From: a virus
Strand: one strand, 5' to 3'
Length of the DNA: 64,000 bases
Virus record (IMG/VR): IMGVR_UViG_3300039191_000589
Location: 32,001-96,000 of that record
Shown in pieces: positions 47,850 through 55,381 of this stretch. Within the stretch, counting starts at the first letter, position 1. The number at the start of each line of letters is the position of its first letter. Made by a program: the position numbers and the translations under genes. The notes under the pieces were generated by a model that saw nothing but the letters and a program-made list of their open reading frames with translations, was not told where the DNA came from and searched no databases.

Positions 47850-48518
47850 ATGGCAGGGTGGGGAGAATTAATTTTTGGATCAATGTATAGTGGTAAATCT
47901 GAGGAATTAATTAGAAGATTAAAAAGAGCTCAATATGGTGGTCAACAATATAAATTATTTAAACCAGAATTAGATAATAGATATAGTAATAATAAAGTTG
48001 TTACTCATGAAAATAATGATATTACACAAAATGTAAATGATGTTTTAGAATCACATTTAGATAGTAAAGTAAAGAAACATTTAGTACAAAGAATAACTGA
48101 AAATTTATCAGGATCATTAGTAGCACATTCAGTAAAAAATGCTGAGGAAATTTTAGATTTAACTAGGGATAATATTGATGTTGTTGGCATAGATGAAGTT
48201 CAATTTTTTGATGAAGATTTAATTAAAGTAATTGATAAACTAATAAAAAAAGATATTAGAGTAATTATGGCTGGATTAGATTTATACTCTTCTGAAGAAC
48301 CTTTTGGTATTGTTCCTAAATTAGCTTGTAAAACAAAATATGTTGATAAATTACATGCTGTATGTGTTGATTGTGGAGAAAATGCTTACATTTCTCATAA
48401 AATTGATAATAATAATGATAATAAAAAATCTAATATAGATGTGGGAAGTACTGGAAAATATATTCCATTATGTAAAACATGTAGAGAAAAGAGATTAAAA
48501 AATGAAAAGACTACTTAA
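47850..48518 (+). CDS. tdk: Thymidine kinase (type II)
   Basis: GSMYSGKSEELIRR, FKP.LDNRY, IDEVQFF, AGLD, KLHAVC..CG, Y.PLCKTC. Confidence 0.93.
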   Translation: MAGWGELIFGSMYSGKSEELIRRLKRAQYGGQQYKLFKPELDNRYSNNKVVTHENNDITQNVNDVLESHLDSKVKKHLVQRITENLSGSLVAHSVKNAEEILDLTRDNIDVVGIDEVQFFDEDLIKVIDKLIKKDIRVIMAGLDLYSSEEPFGIVPKLACKTKYVDKLHAVCVDCGENAYISHKIDNNNDNKKSNIDVGSTGKYIPLCKTCREKRLKNEKTT

Positions 48519-48990
48519 AAATTGTTCAACAAAATGGTATCATTTAACTAATAATTCTAATTTTAACCCTTCACAATCATATAATAATAACCAACAAGAA
48601 TTTGGTTCAGGATTATATATTACTCCTGAACATGATGTAAAAACATGGGATAATTTATTAAATAGAGAATGGGCATTTCCAATAGATATTTCTCAATTAA
48701 ATATTATTAATGAAAGTGATTTTCCTTCAAAACATAAAATGGTTAATGACATATTAGATTCAGGATATACTAAAAAAGATGTAAAAAATATGCAACCTAG
48801 TAATACTTTTAATAGAGATCCAATGGATATTGCTACTAAAAGATTATGGGCCCAAATAAATGGATATGATGCTGTAAAACCTTTTTTAGATAAACAAGAA
48901 GGAGAACAAATAGTAATCTTTAATTTATCTAAAATATCTATTGATGACCCTTTAAAAACTGATGAAGTTAGAAAAAATATTAAGGAGTGA
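48502..48990 (+). CDS. ADP-ribosyltransferase-fold-like protein with MKRLLKN leader variant
   Basis: WYHLT...F...FGSGLYIT...GYDAV...EQIVIF pattern. Confidence 0.55.
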   Translation: MKRLLKNCSTKWYHLTNNSNFNPSQSYNNNQQEFGSGLYITPEHDVKTWDNLLNREWAFPIDISQLNIINESDFPSKHKMVNDILDSGYTKKDVKNMQPSNTFNRDPMDIATKRLWAQINGYDAVKPFLDKQEGEQIVIFNLSKISIDDPLKTDEVRKNIKE

Positions 48991-48994
48991 TTAA

Positions 48995-49390
48995 ATGAAT
49001 ATTGGTTTTATAGGTTATAGTGCAAGTAAATTTGATAGTGATAAAGCTTATAAAATTATTAGAAATATTTTTAAAAATAAAATTGACCCTTTAGATAAGG
49101 ATATAAAAATAGTTTCAGGAGCTACGAATTTAGGAATTCCTAAAATAGTATATGAAATTGCAGATAAAAAAAATTATTATACTATTGGAATAATGTGTTC
49201 TAAGGGGTTTAATTATGAAATGTTTGATGTTAATAAATTATATGTCGAAGGTAATGAATGGGGAGAAGAAAGTGAATTATTTTTAGATACCATCGATATT
49301 CTTTTTAAAGTTGGTGGCGGAGAACAATCTAAAAAAGAATTAAATAAAGCTAAAAAAAGAGGAATTAAAACATTTGAATATGATTTATAA
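48995..49390 (+). CDS. SLOG-superfamily protein
   Basis: IGFIGYS, IVSGATNLGIP, WGEESE.F, VGGGEQS..E. Confidence 0.65.
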   Translation: MNIGFIGYSASKFDSDKAYKIIRNIFKNKIDPLDKDIKIVSGATNLGIPKIVYEIADKKNYYTIGIMCSKGFNYEMFDVNKLYVEGNEWGEESELFLDTIDILFKVGGGEQSKKELNKAKKRGIKTFEYDL

Positions 49391-49415
49391 TAACCACATT
49401 TGTGGTTATTTTTTT
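49389..49415 (+). terminator. Intrinsic terminator
   Basis: AATAACCACA-TT-TGTGGTTATT plus T-run. Confidence 0.8.
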
Positions 49416-49434
49416 ATTTTTTATTAAAAAAATA

Positions 49435-49463
49435 TTTACAAAATAAAATTTACATGATATAAT
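49435..49463 (+). promoter_or_regulatory. Sigma-A-type promoter with extended -10
   Basis: TTTACA-17 nt-TATAAT with TG. Confidence 0.75.
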
Positions 49464-49493
49464 ATTATTGTAACATAAAAAGGAGGAGATAAT

Positions 49494-49949
49494 ATGAAAT
49501 TTGATGATTTAATTAATAATGTTATTGAATATCCTAACGAAGAATTATTAAATGGAATTGAAAATAATACTATGTATCGTTATGTATCAAATTTCTTTGT
49601 TAATGGAATAATTAATTATGTAGATATTTATTATGCAATTACTATTAAAAGGTATGTAGGTGGGTGTAAATTAAATTTTGATACTACCATAACTAATGAA
49701 TTGGACCAACAAGGAAGATACCATACTGAATATAATAAATTATCAGATGATGTTTTAGTTTTAGCAGGAACTGAAAATGAATTGTGGATGTTTTGGTCAG
49801 ATCGTGATGTAAGTGATTGTAAAATTTTTAGGACTAATAAAGATATTACAAAAGAACAATTTAAGAAATTATTTATTAATTGGATTAAAGAAAAAGGCTA
49901 TGATCATTATTATGAATTACCCATTCCAAATGGATGGTGTAAAATATAA
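49494..49949 (+). CDS. Hypothetical protein (monocistronic, early-type promoter)
   Basis: AAGGAGG SD; own promoter and terminator. Confidence 0.7.
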   Translation: MKFDDLINNVIEYPNEELLNGIENNTMYRYVSNFFVNGIINYVDIYYAITIKRYVGGCKLNFDTTITNELDQQGRYHTEYNKLSDDVLVLAGTENELWMFWSDRDVSDCKIFRTNKDITKEQFKKLFINWIKEKGYDHYYELPIPNGWCKI

Positions 49950-49987
49950 TATATAATAATAAGGTATAAACTATAAAATAACCATTT

Positions 49988-50018
49988 AAGATCACCCAAT
50001 AAAGGGTGGTCTTTTTTT
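49988..50018 (+). terminator. Intrinsic terminator
   Basis: AAGATCACCC-AATAAA-GGGTGGTCTT plus T-run. Confidence 0.8.
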
Positions 50019-50137
50019 ATTATAGGGAGGTTATTTAAAAAAAATTTAAATTTTAGTAATAAATTAGTAATAATTAAGAAACAATCGAATAGATATATAC
50101 TAAATAAGGTAAAAAAATGAAAAGAGGTGTTAAAAAA

Positions 50138-50452
50138 GTGTTTTGTGAAGATTGTTTGGTTAATGTTATTATTCCTAAGTTAAAAGATAATGATTTGCTT
50201 ATCATGGAATACTTATACAATCATGGAATTACACTTCCCCAAACAAGTAAAATGCAAGATGAAATCATTGAAGAAACTGGATTATCAAATTTTAAAGGAT
50301 GGAAAGCTGTATATAGTTTAAGATGTTATAATTTAGTTAAAAAAATTCAAAAAGGCCGTGCAAATTATTATTACCTAACAAAAGATGGTAAAAGAGCATT
50401 GAGCATTTTTTCTGAGCAAATTGCTAATGAGCATGCTGAACAAGAGGTTTAA
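50138..50452 (+). CDS. Winged-helix DNA-binding protein (TubR-like)
   Basis: EIIEETGLS...AVYSL...LVKK.QKGRANYYYLTKDG wHTH pattern; upstream of tubulin; GTG start after AGAGGTG. Confidence 0.7.
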   Translation: MFCEDCLVNVIIPKLKDNDLLIMEYLYNHGITLPQTSKMQDEIIEETGLSNFKGWKAVYSLRCYNLVKKIQKGRANYYYLTKDGKRALSIFSEQIANEHAEQEV

Positions 50453-50490
50453 TAATTTATTTTAATAAATCATTTAAGGAGGAAGATAAT

Positions 50491-51687
50491 ATGCTTAAAT
50501 TTGGAATGTTGTGCTTAGGTCAAGGTGGAGGAAATATTGGTGAATATGCTTATACGAAGAACTTTGAGGTGGTAGTAGCTAATACTGCTAAAGTGGATTT
50601 AAAACAGTTAAAGTATATTCCTGAAAATGATCGTATTCATTTAGGTGGACATGGTGCTGGTAGAGATAGACAAGTTGGTGTTGATGCTTTTATTGAAAAT
50701 GCTGAAGAAATTTATGAAAAATGCCTTAATAAGTTTGAAGATTGTGATGCTGTATTTGCCGTTGGAACTGGTGGAGGTGGTACTGGATCAGGAGCATTAC
50801 CTGCAGCACTTGAAATGTTATCTAGTACATTTAAATATGTAGGCTGTATAATTGGATTACCAGCTAAAAATGAAGCACCTAGGGCCCAAATGAACACTGT
50901 AGAATGCTTTTCAGAATTATCTCAATTAAATGAATTAGGATCAGTATTTATTGTAGATAATGAGGAAACAAAAAAGATGAACCCTAATACTTCACGGAGA
51001 GATATTTATCGACTTACTAATCGCCGACTTATAGATTGTCTTAACGAACTTAATCAATTAACGGATAAAATGTCTTATGTTGACAATTTTGATGCTAATG
51101 ATTTATTAAGTATTATTCAAGAACGTGGCTATACTCATATCACTAAAACTAGTTATTATCCTACCAATAGTGAAAATAAATATAATATTTCTGAGAAAAT
51201 TAGAAAAAGTTGGGAAAAAAGCTATCAACCTAAATTTGATCTTAGCACTGTTGTAAAAGGAGCTTTAATTGGGATAATCCCTGAAGAAATATCTATTGAA
51301 GTTGAAAGTGATTTAATCTTTAAGGATAATGGTCTCCCTTATGATTTCAAAGATATATATTTTCGTCCTAATCCTAATGAATTAGAAAAAAAGGCTGGCA
51401 AATCTAAAAATACCTTTTATACTTTATTGTCTGGATTAAAGTTTCCTCAGTCTAGATTGGATCAAATTAAAAATGATATTAATAAGGTTGAAGATAAGTT
51501 AGTTAATAATTATAAAAATTCAGTAAACCAAAAAATTAAAAGTCAAAGTTATAATAGTAAATTTTCCCAAAGTGGATCCCCAATGTCTCATAAATTAAAC
51601 AATTTAAGATCAAATAATAATAATGATGATGGAAAAAAGAAAAAAATGAACGTAATGGATCAACTATCAAAATATCGTGAAAAATAA
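50491..51687 (+). CDS. Tubulin/FtsZ-family GTPase (TubZ/RepX-like)
   Basis: LGQGGGNI, GAGRD, GGGTGSG signature, VDNE, NFDAND (T7-like). Confidence 0.9.
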   Translation: MLKFGMLCLGQGGGNIGEYAYTKNFEVVVANTAKVDLKQLKYIPENDRIHLGGHGAGRDRQVGVDAFIENAEEIYEKCLNKFEDCDAVFAVGTGGGGTGSGALPAALEMLSSTFKYVGCIIGLPAKNEAPRAQMNTVECFSELSQLNELGSVFIVDNEETKKMNPNTSRRDIYRLTNRRLIDCLNELNQLTDKMSYVDNFDANDLLSIIQERGYTHITKTSYYPTNSENKYNISEKIRKSWEKSYQPKFDLSTVVKGALIGIIPEEISIEVESDLIFKDNGLPYDFKDIYFRPNPNELEKKAGKSKNTFYTLLSGLKFPQSRLDQIKNDINKVEDKLVNNYKNSVNQKIKSQSYNSKFSQSGSPMSHKLNNLRSNNNNDDGKKKKMNVMDQLSKYREK

Positions 51688-51721
51688 AGTAGAAAAGGGG
51701 GTATAATCCCCCTTTTTACTT
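51688..51721 (+). terminator. Intrinsic terminator after tubulin gene
   Basis: AGTAGAAAAGGGGG-TATAAT-CCCCCTTTTTACT. Confidence 0.8.
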
Positions 51722-51771
51722 AATAAGTATTAAATAAATATTGGCTAAAAATTAACAACGGAGGTTGTATT

Positions 51772-52188
51772 ATGAATCAGAAAAAAATAATTATAATTTT
51801 ATTATTATTGTGTTTATTTGTAAATTGTTCAATTGCATTAGGTAATAATGGAAATAATAAAAAAACTAATAATAAACAACAATCTAAAATCAGTATTCCT
51901 GATTCTGTTCCAGATGAATATATTGATGAATATATTAGACAGTCTAAAGCCCTTAGAAAAGCAATTGATTATCTTGATTTTATTGTTGAGTTAATTCGTT
52001 TAGCTGCCGCTGCTTATTTAGGACTACATGTAACAATTATAGGTTATCAAATTTACCGTTTAGATAATGGAATAGAACATTCTAAACAAAATTTTAAAAA
52101 AGCTGCTTATGGCTTATTCTTTGTATTTTGGGGCCAAGCATTGGCAAATTGGTTTATGGCAAAATTATTTGATATACTTTTTGGATAG
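51772..52188 (+). CDS. VirB2/TrbC-like pilin
   Basis: Signal-peptide-like N-terminus; two hydrophobic helices split by a basic loop (SKQNFKKAAYG). Confidence 0.65.
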   Translation: MNQKKIIIILLLLCLFVNCSIALGNNGNNKKTNNKQQSKISIPDSVPDEYIDEYIRQSKALRKAIDYLDFIVELIRLAAAAYLGLHVTIIGYQIYRLDNGIEHSKQNFKKAAYGLFFVFWGQALANWFMAKLFDILFG

Positions 52189-52200
52189 GAGGCGGCAGTA

Positions 52201-52353
52201 ATGCTTAACAATTGGGATGAGTTATTATATGAAATCTCAACTATTCTTTTTGGATTATGTTGTGGGCTAATGGGGTTTGTTGTAACTTATTATTTATTAG
52301 GTTGGATAGGTGATTTTATCATAAAAGTAATTTTAAGGGGGTTACTAACATGA
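52201..52353 (+). CDS. 50-aa membrane micro-protein, not in ORF track
   Basis: AGGAGG SD; MLNNWDELLYEISTILFGLCCGLMGFVVTYYLLGWIGDFIIKVILRGLLT*. Confidence 0.7.
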   Translation: MLNNWDELLYEISTILFGLCCGLMGFVVTYYLLGWIGDFIIKVILRGLLT

Positions 52354-52475
52354 TTTTTAATATTTTAAGAATTACTTTCTCTTTTACAGTGGGAGTTTAT
52401 TGTTTTCAATTTGCAATTAAAAAATTTCATAATTTTTTTAGAAGTAATAGGGATGAACACTATAAAATTTATTAA
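52350..52475 (+). CDS. 41-aa membrane micro-protein, not in ORF track
   Basis: ATGA overlap with the previous ORF, AGGGGG SD; MIFNILRITFSFTVGVYCFQFAIKK... Confidence 0.6.
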   Translation: MIFNILRITFSFTVGVYCFQFAIKKFHNFFRSNRDEHYKIY

Positions 52476-52490
52476 AGAGAGGGGTTAAAT

Positions 52491-53399
52491 ATGCCTGATA
52501 AAGCATTAAAATTATTAGAAAAAATATCAGGAGTGTTAGATAAATTTTGGACATTTATTACTAACATTCCTGAAAAAGCTTATGATTCTTTAGCTTATAT
52601 TATGAAAGAAATGGTTGATTTATTAATTAAATTTCCTAGAATTACATCATTTCCTGAAATTATTGAAGTGTGGCAAGTAGTATTAGTATTATCACTATCT
52701 ATGTTAGGATTAGTATTTATTTATATAGCAGTGCGTAATAGAATATCTTTGAATAGTAATATTATTAGATCAATTGAAATCAAACAAGTTATTGCTAGAA
52801 CTTTTTATATGGGCTTTTTCATTATTTTGAGTAGAACCTTTGTAGATTGGCTTATTATGTTAAACAATGTATTAATTAATGTATTAATGCATCATTTTGA
52901 TATTCGAAAAGTAATAGATCACATTGGTAATTCTCATTTTGGGAAAGATATAATAGCAACCGCAATAATAGGGTATCAAATATACCTAGTTGTGTGGATT
53001 ATGATTCAATATTGGTTAAGAGTTACGGAAGTATTAGTGATGTATGTTTCTAGCCCTGTTATGTATTTATTATGGGTTAATCCAGAGTGGGGAGGGTACT
53101 TATCTAGCTGGTTAAAACGAATTAGCTCATTAATTTTTACACAATTAGCTCAAATACTAATATTAATTATTCATGGGCATTTAGTTTTTAAATTTTTTGT
53201 TTCAGGATCAATTTCAAGTTTAGCTTTAGGGGTAGCTGGATTAATTTTAATGAAAAAAACTCCAGCCTTTTTTAAAATGTTTATTGCCCAAACAAATTCA
53301 TTGCAAATTATGACGGGGACTTATGATAAAATTTCTAATTCTAATACTGTTAAAAAAATTAAAAATAAAATGTCAGGGGGTAATGATGACGATGAGTAA
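52491..53399 (+). CDS. VirB6/TrbL-like polytopic membrane protein
   Basis: Five to six hydrophobic segments; R.TE...Y.SSP...LW...WLK pattern; operon context. Confidence 0.7.
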   Translation: MPDKALKLLEKISGVLDKFWTFITNIPEKAYDSLAYIMKEMVDLLIKFPRITSFPEIIEVWQVVLVLSLSMLGLVFIYIAVRNRISLNSNIIRSIEIKQVIARTFYMGFFIILSRTFVDWLIMLNNVLINVLMHHFDIRKVIDHIGNSHFGKDIIATAIIGYQIYLVVWIMIQYWLRVTEVLVMYVSSPVMYLLWVNPEWGGYLSSWLKRISSLIFTQLAQILILIIHGHLVFKFFVSGSISSLALGVAGLILMKKTPAFFKMFIAQTNSLQIMTGTYDKISNSNTVKKIKNKMSGGNDDDE

Positions 53400-53685
53400 A
53401 GATAAATTATCAACTTGGATTCCGCGAAATTTAAATGAGGAAGATAAAATTGATTTAGGTTTTGGTATTAAATTAACTTGGTCCAATTTACCTTTAATTC
53501 TAGGAGGAGGAACAATGGGGTATCTTTTATCTACAAAATACAATGATTTCTTAATGAAAACAGCAATTATTTTAATGTGTGTAGTTCCTCCTTATGTATT
53601 TTGGAAAATAGCTCTTAATGAACAGAATCCAATTGATGTAATGTGGAATATGATAATTTTTATAAGAAAATTATTAAGGGGGTAA
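53323..53685 (+). CDS. PrgI/VirB3-like membrane protein (true start probably 53386-53392)
   Basis: IPRNLNEEDKI..G..LTW followed by two transmembrane helices; directly upstream of virB4. Confidence 0.7.
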   Translation: MIKFLILILLKKLKIKCQGVMMTMSKDKLSTWIPRNLNEEDKIDLGFGIKLTWSNLPLILGGGTMGYLLSTKYNDFLMKTAIILMCVVPPYVFWKIALNEQNPIDVMWNMIIFIRKLLRG

Positions 53686-53689
53686 TAAT

Positions 53690-55381
53690 ATGGTGACGGT
53701 TAATACTAATATTCATAATGGTAATCAAATTGGTATAATAGAAATTGAACCAACTAATATTTTAATGAAAGATGAAGATTATAAAATTCAAATAATGGAA
53801 AATTTCAAAAAACTAGTAAATTCAATTAATACTTCAATTCAAATATTGTGTAGCAGTGATAATTTTAGTAGTAATAAATTTAGTATTGAAGGGTATGACG
53901 AATATAATACTTTAATTAATAATAAAATTAATAACGTTGTAAAAAAGAAATTTAAAATAATAGTAAATAATGATGATGAGAGTATATTGAGAAATAATTT
54001 AAAGACTATTAAAAGACATTTAAAATCTTGTAGCATACAATGTAGCGATTATAAAATTACTACTTATGATAATATTTGTAGTGATGAATTAAATGTGGAC
54101 TATATGCAAATTAATGATCAATATGTTAAAACGTTTTATGTAACTGATTATCCTCATAGTTGTTCTTTTGGGTGGTTAAAAGATATATATAATAGTGAAT
54201 TAAATGTAGATATTAGTTTCTTTATTCATCCTGTATCAAAATCTGATGCTGAAGAATATTTAACAAAAAAATTAAATCAAAACACCTCTAATTCTTCATT
54301 AGAAGATGAAAAAGATGTAGTAAATGATAAATATGATGAACGAATTAATAGTGCCATTAAAATGAGAAAACAATTAAGAAAAAACAAATGTAAATTCTTT
54401 TTTACATCCTTTTATATAACATTAAAGGCTGATAATATCAACCAATTAAACCGCGAGAGTGAATATCTGAGGACATTAATGTCAGGTTTAAATGTTAATA
54501 TTAAAAATAGTTATTTACGCCAAGAGGATGCATATAAGTGCACTAGAGCCTTTGGGAGAGATGTATTAGAAAAATATTATAATTTAACTACTAAACAATT
54601 AGGGTGCTTTTTTCCATTTACCAATTCAAATATTATTGATAAGAAAGGAATATTGGTTGGGGATAATATTGTGAACTCCAGTTTGGTTTTTTTAGATCCT
54701 TTTAAATACGATTCTTATTTAATGTTTATCATTGGAAAAGTAGGTGGGGGAAAGAGTTATTTATCAAAATTATTATGTTTAAGATTACTACAAAAAGGAG
54801 TAAAAATTGATATTTTTGATAAAGAGGGGGAATATTTACAATTAAAAGAACTAACCAATTCACCAAATTTACGGGTTCATAATTATAATAATTATTCTGA
54901 TTACCTTCCTATGTTAGAAAGATATGTGTATGATATGGATAATAATAATGAATTACAAAAAAGGATGTTATTTATAGATGAATTTTGGCAATTTGTTGAT
55001 AACACTAATAAAGAATTTTTAGAGTATGTTAAATATATTACTCTTACTTCACGAAAAAAACATCAAGCATTATGTGCTATTAGCCAAGAAATAGAACATT
55101 TATTAGAAACCCCAGAAACTTATACTATTATAAAACAAGCAAGTATTAAAGCTCTTATGAAGTCAGAACCAAGTGAGGCTAGAATGATAAAAGAGGAATT
55201 AAATTTAACTGAGTCTGAGGTTAATTTTTTAATTTCCGCTGATAATGAAGGTTTATTATTAGCTGATAATAAACAGGTTCAATTTAAAGCTTTATCTACA
55301 GATAAAGAAGATAAAATTATTACTACTGATCCTTCACAAATTTTACAATTAAGAGAGGAGGGTAAACGTGGGATTATTTAA
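53690..55381 (+). CDS. virB4: VirB4-like ATPase
   Basis: GKVGGGKS Walker A, FDKEGEY, FIDEFW Walker B, SRK...ISQ; N-terminal IEPTN and YP...GWL motifs typical of Gram-positive VirB4. Confidence 0.82.
   Translation: MVTVNTNIHNGNQIGIIEIEPTNILMKDEDYKIQIMENFKKLVNSINTSIQILCSSDNFSSNKFSIEGYDEYNTLINNKINNVVKKKFKIIVNNDDESILRNNLKTIKRHLKSCSIQCSDYKITTYDNICSDELNVDYMQINDQYVKTFYVTDYPHSCSFGWLKDIYNSELNVDISFFIHPVSKSDAEEYLTKKLNQNTSNSSLEDEKDVVNDKYDERINSAIKMRKQLRKNKCKFFFTSFYITLKADNINQLNRESEYLRTLMSGLNVNIKNSYLRQEDAYKCTRAFGRDVLEKYYNLTTKQLGCFFPFTNSNIIDKKGILVGDNIVNSSLVFLDPFKYDSYLMFIIGKVGGGKSYLSKLLCLRLLQKGVKIDIFDKEGEYLQLKELTNSPNLRVHNYNNYSDYLPMLERYVYDMDNNNELQKRMLFIDEFWQFVDNTNKEFLEYVKYITLTSRKKHQALCAISQEIEHLLETPETYTIIKQASIKALMKSEPSEARMIKEELNLTESEVNFLISADNEGLLLADNKQVQFKALSTDKEDKIITTDPSQILQLREEGKRGII

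Noticed and set aside
50020-50137. tubC iteron array
   Set aside because: Only two copies of TTAGTAATAA in very AT-rich DNA; too weak to call
50491-51687. Host FtsZ, or PhuZ of a nucleus-forming phage
   Set aside because: No cell-division gene context and a divergent sequence; adjacent wHTH favours a TubZ-like role; no shell protein is recognisable here, though the rest of the genome is unseen
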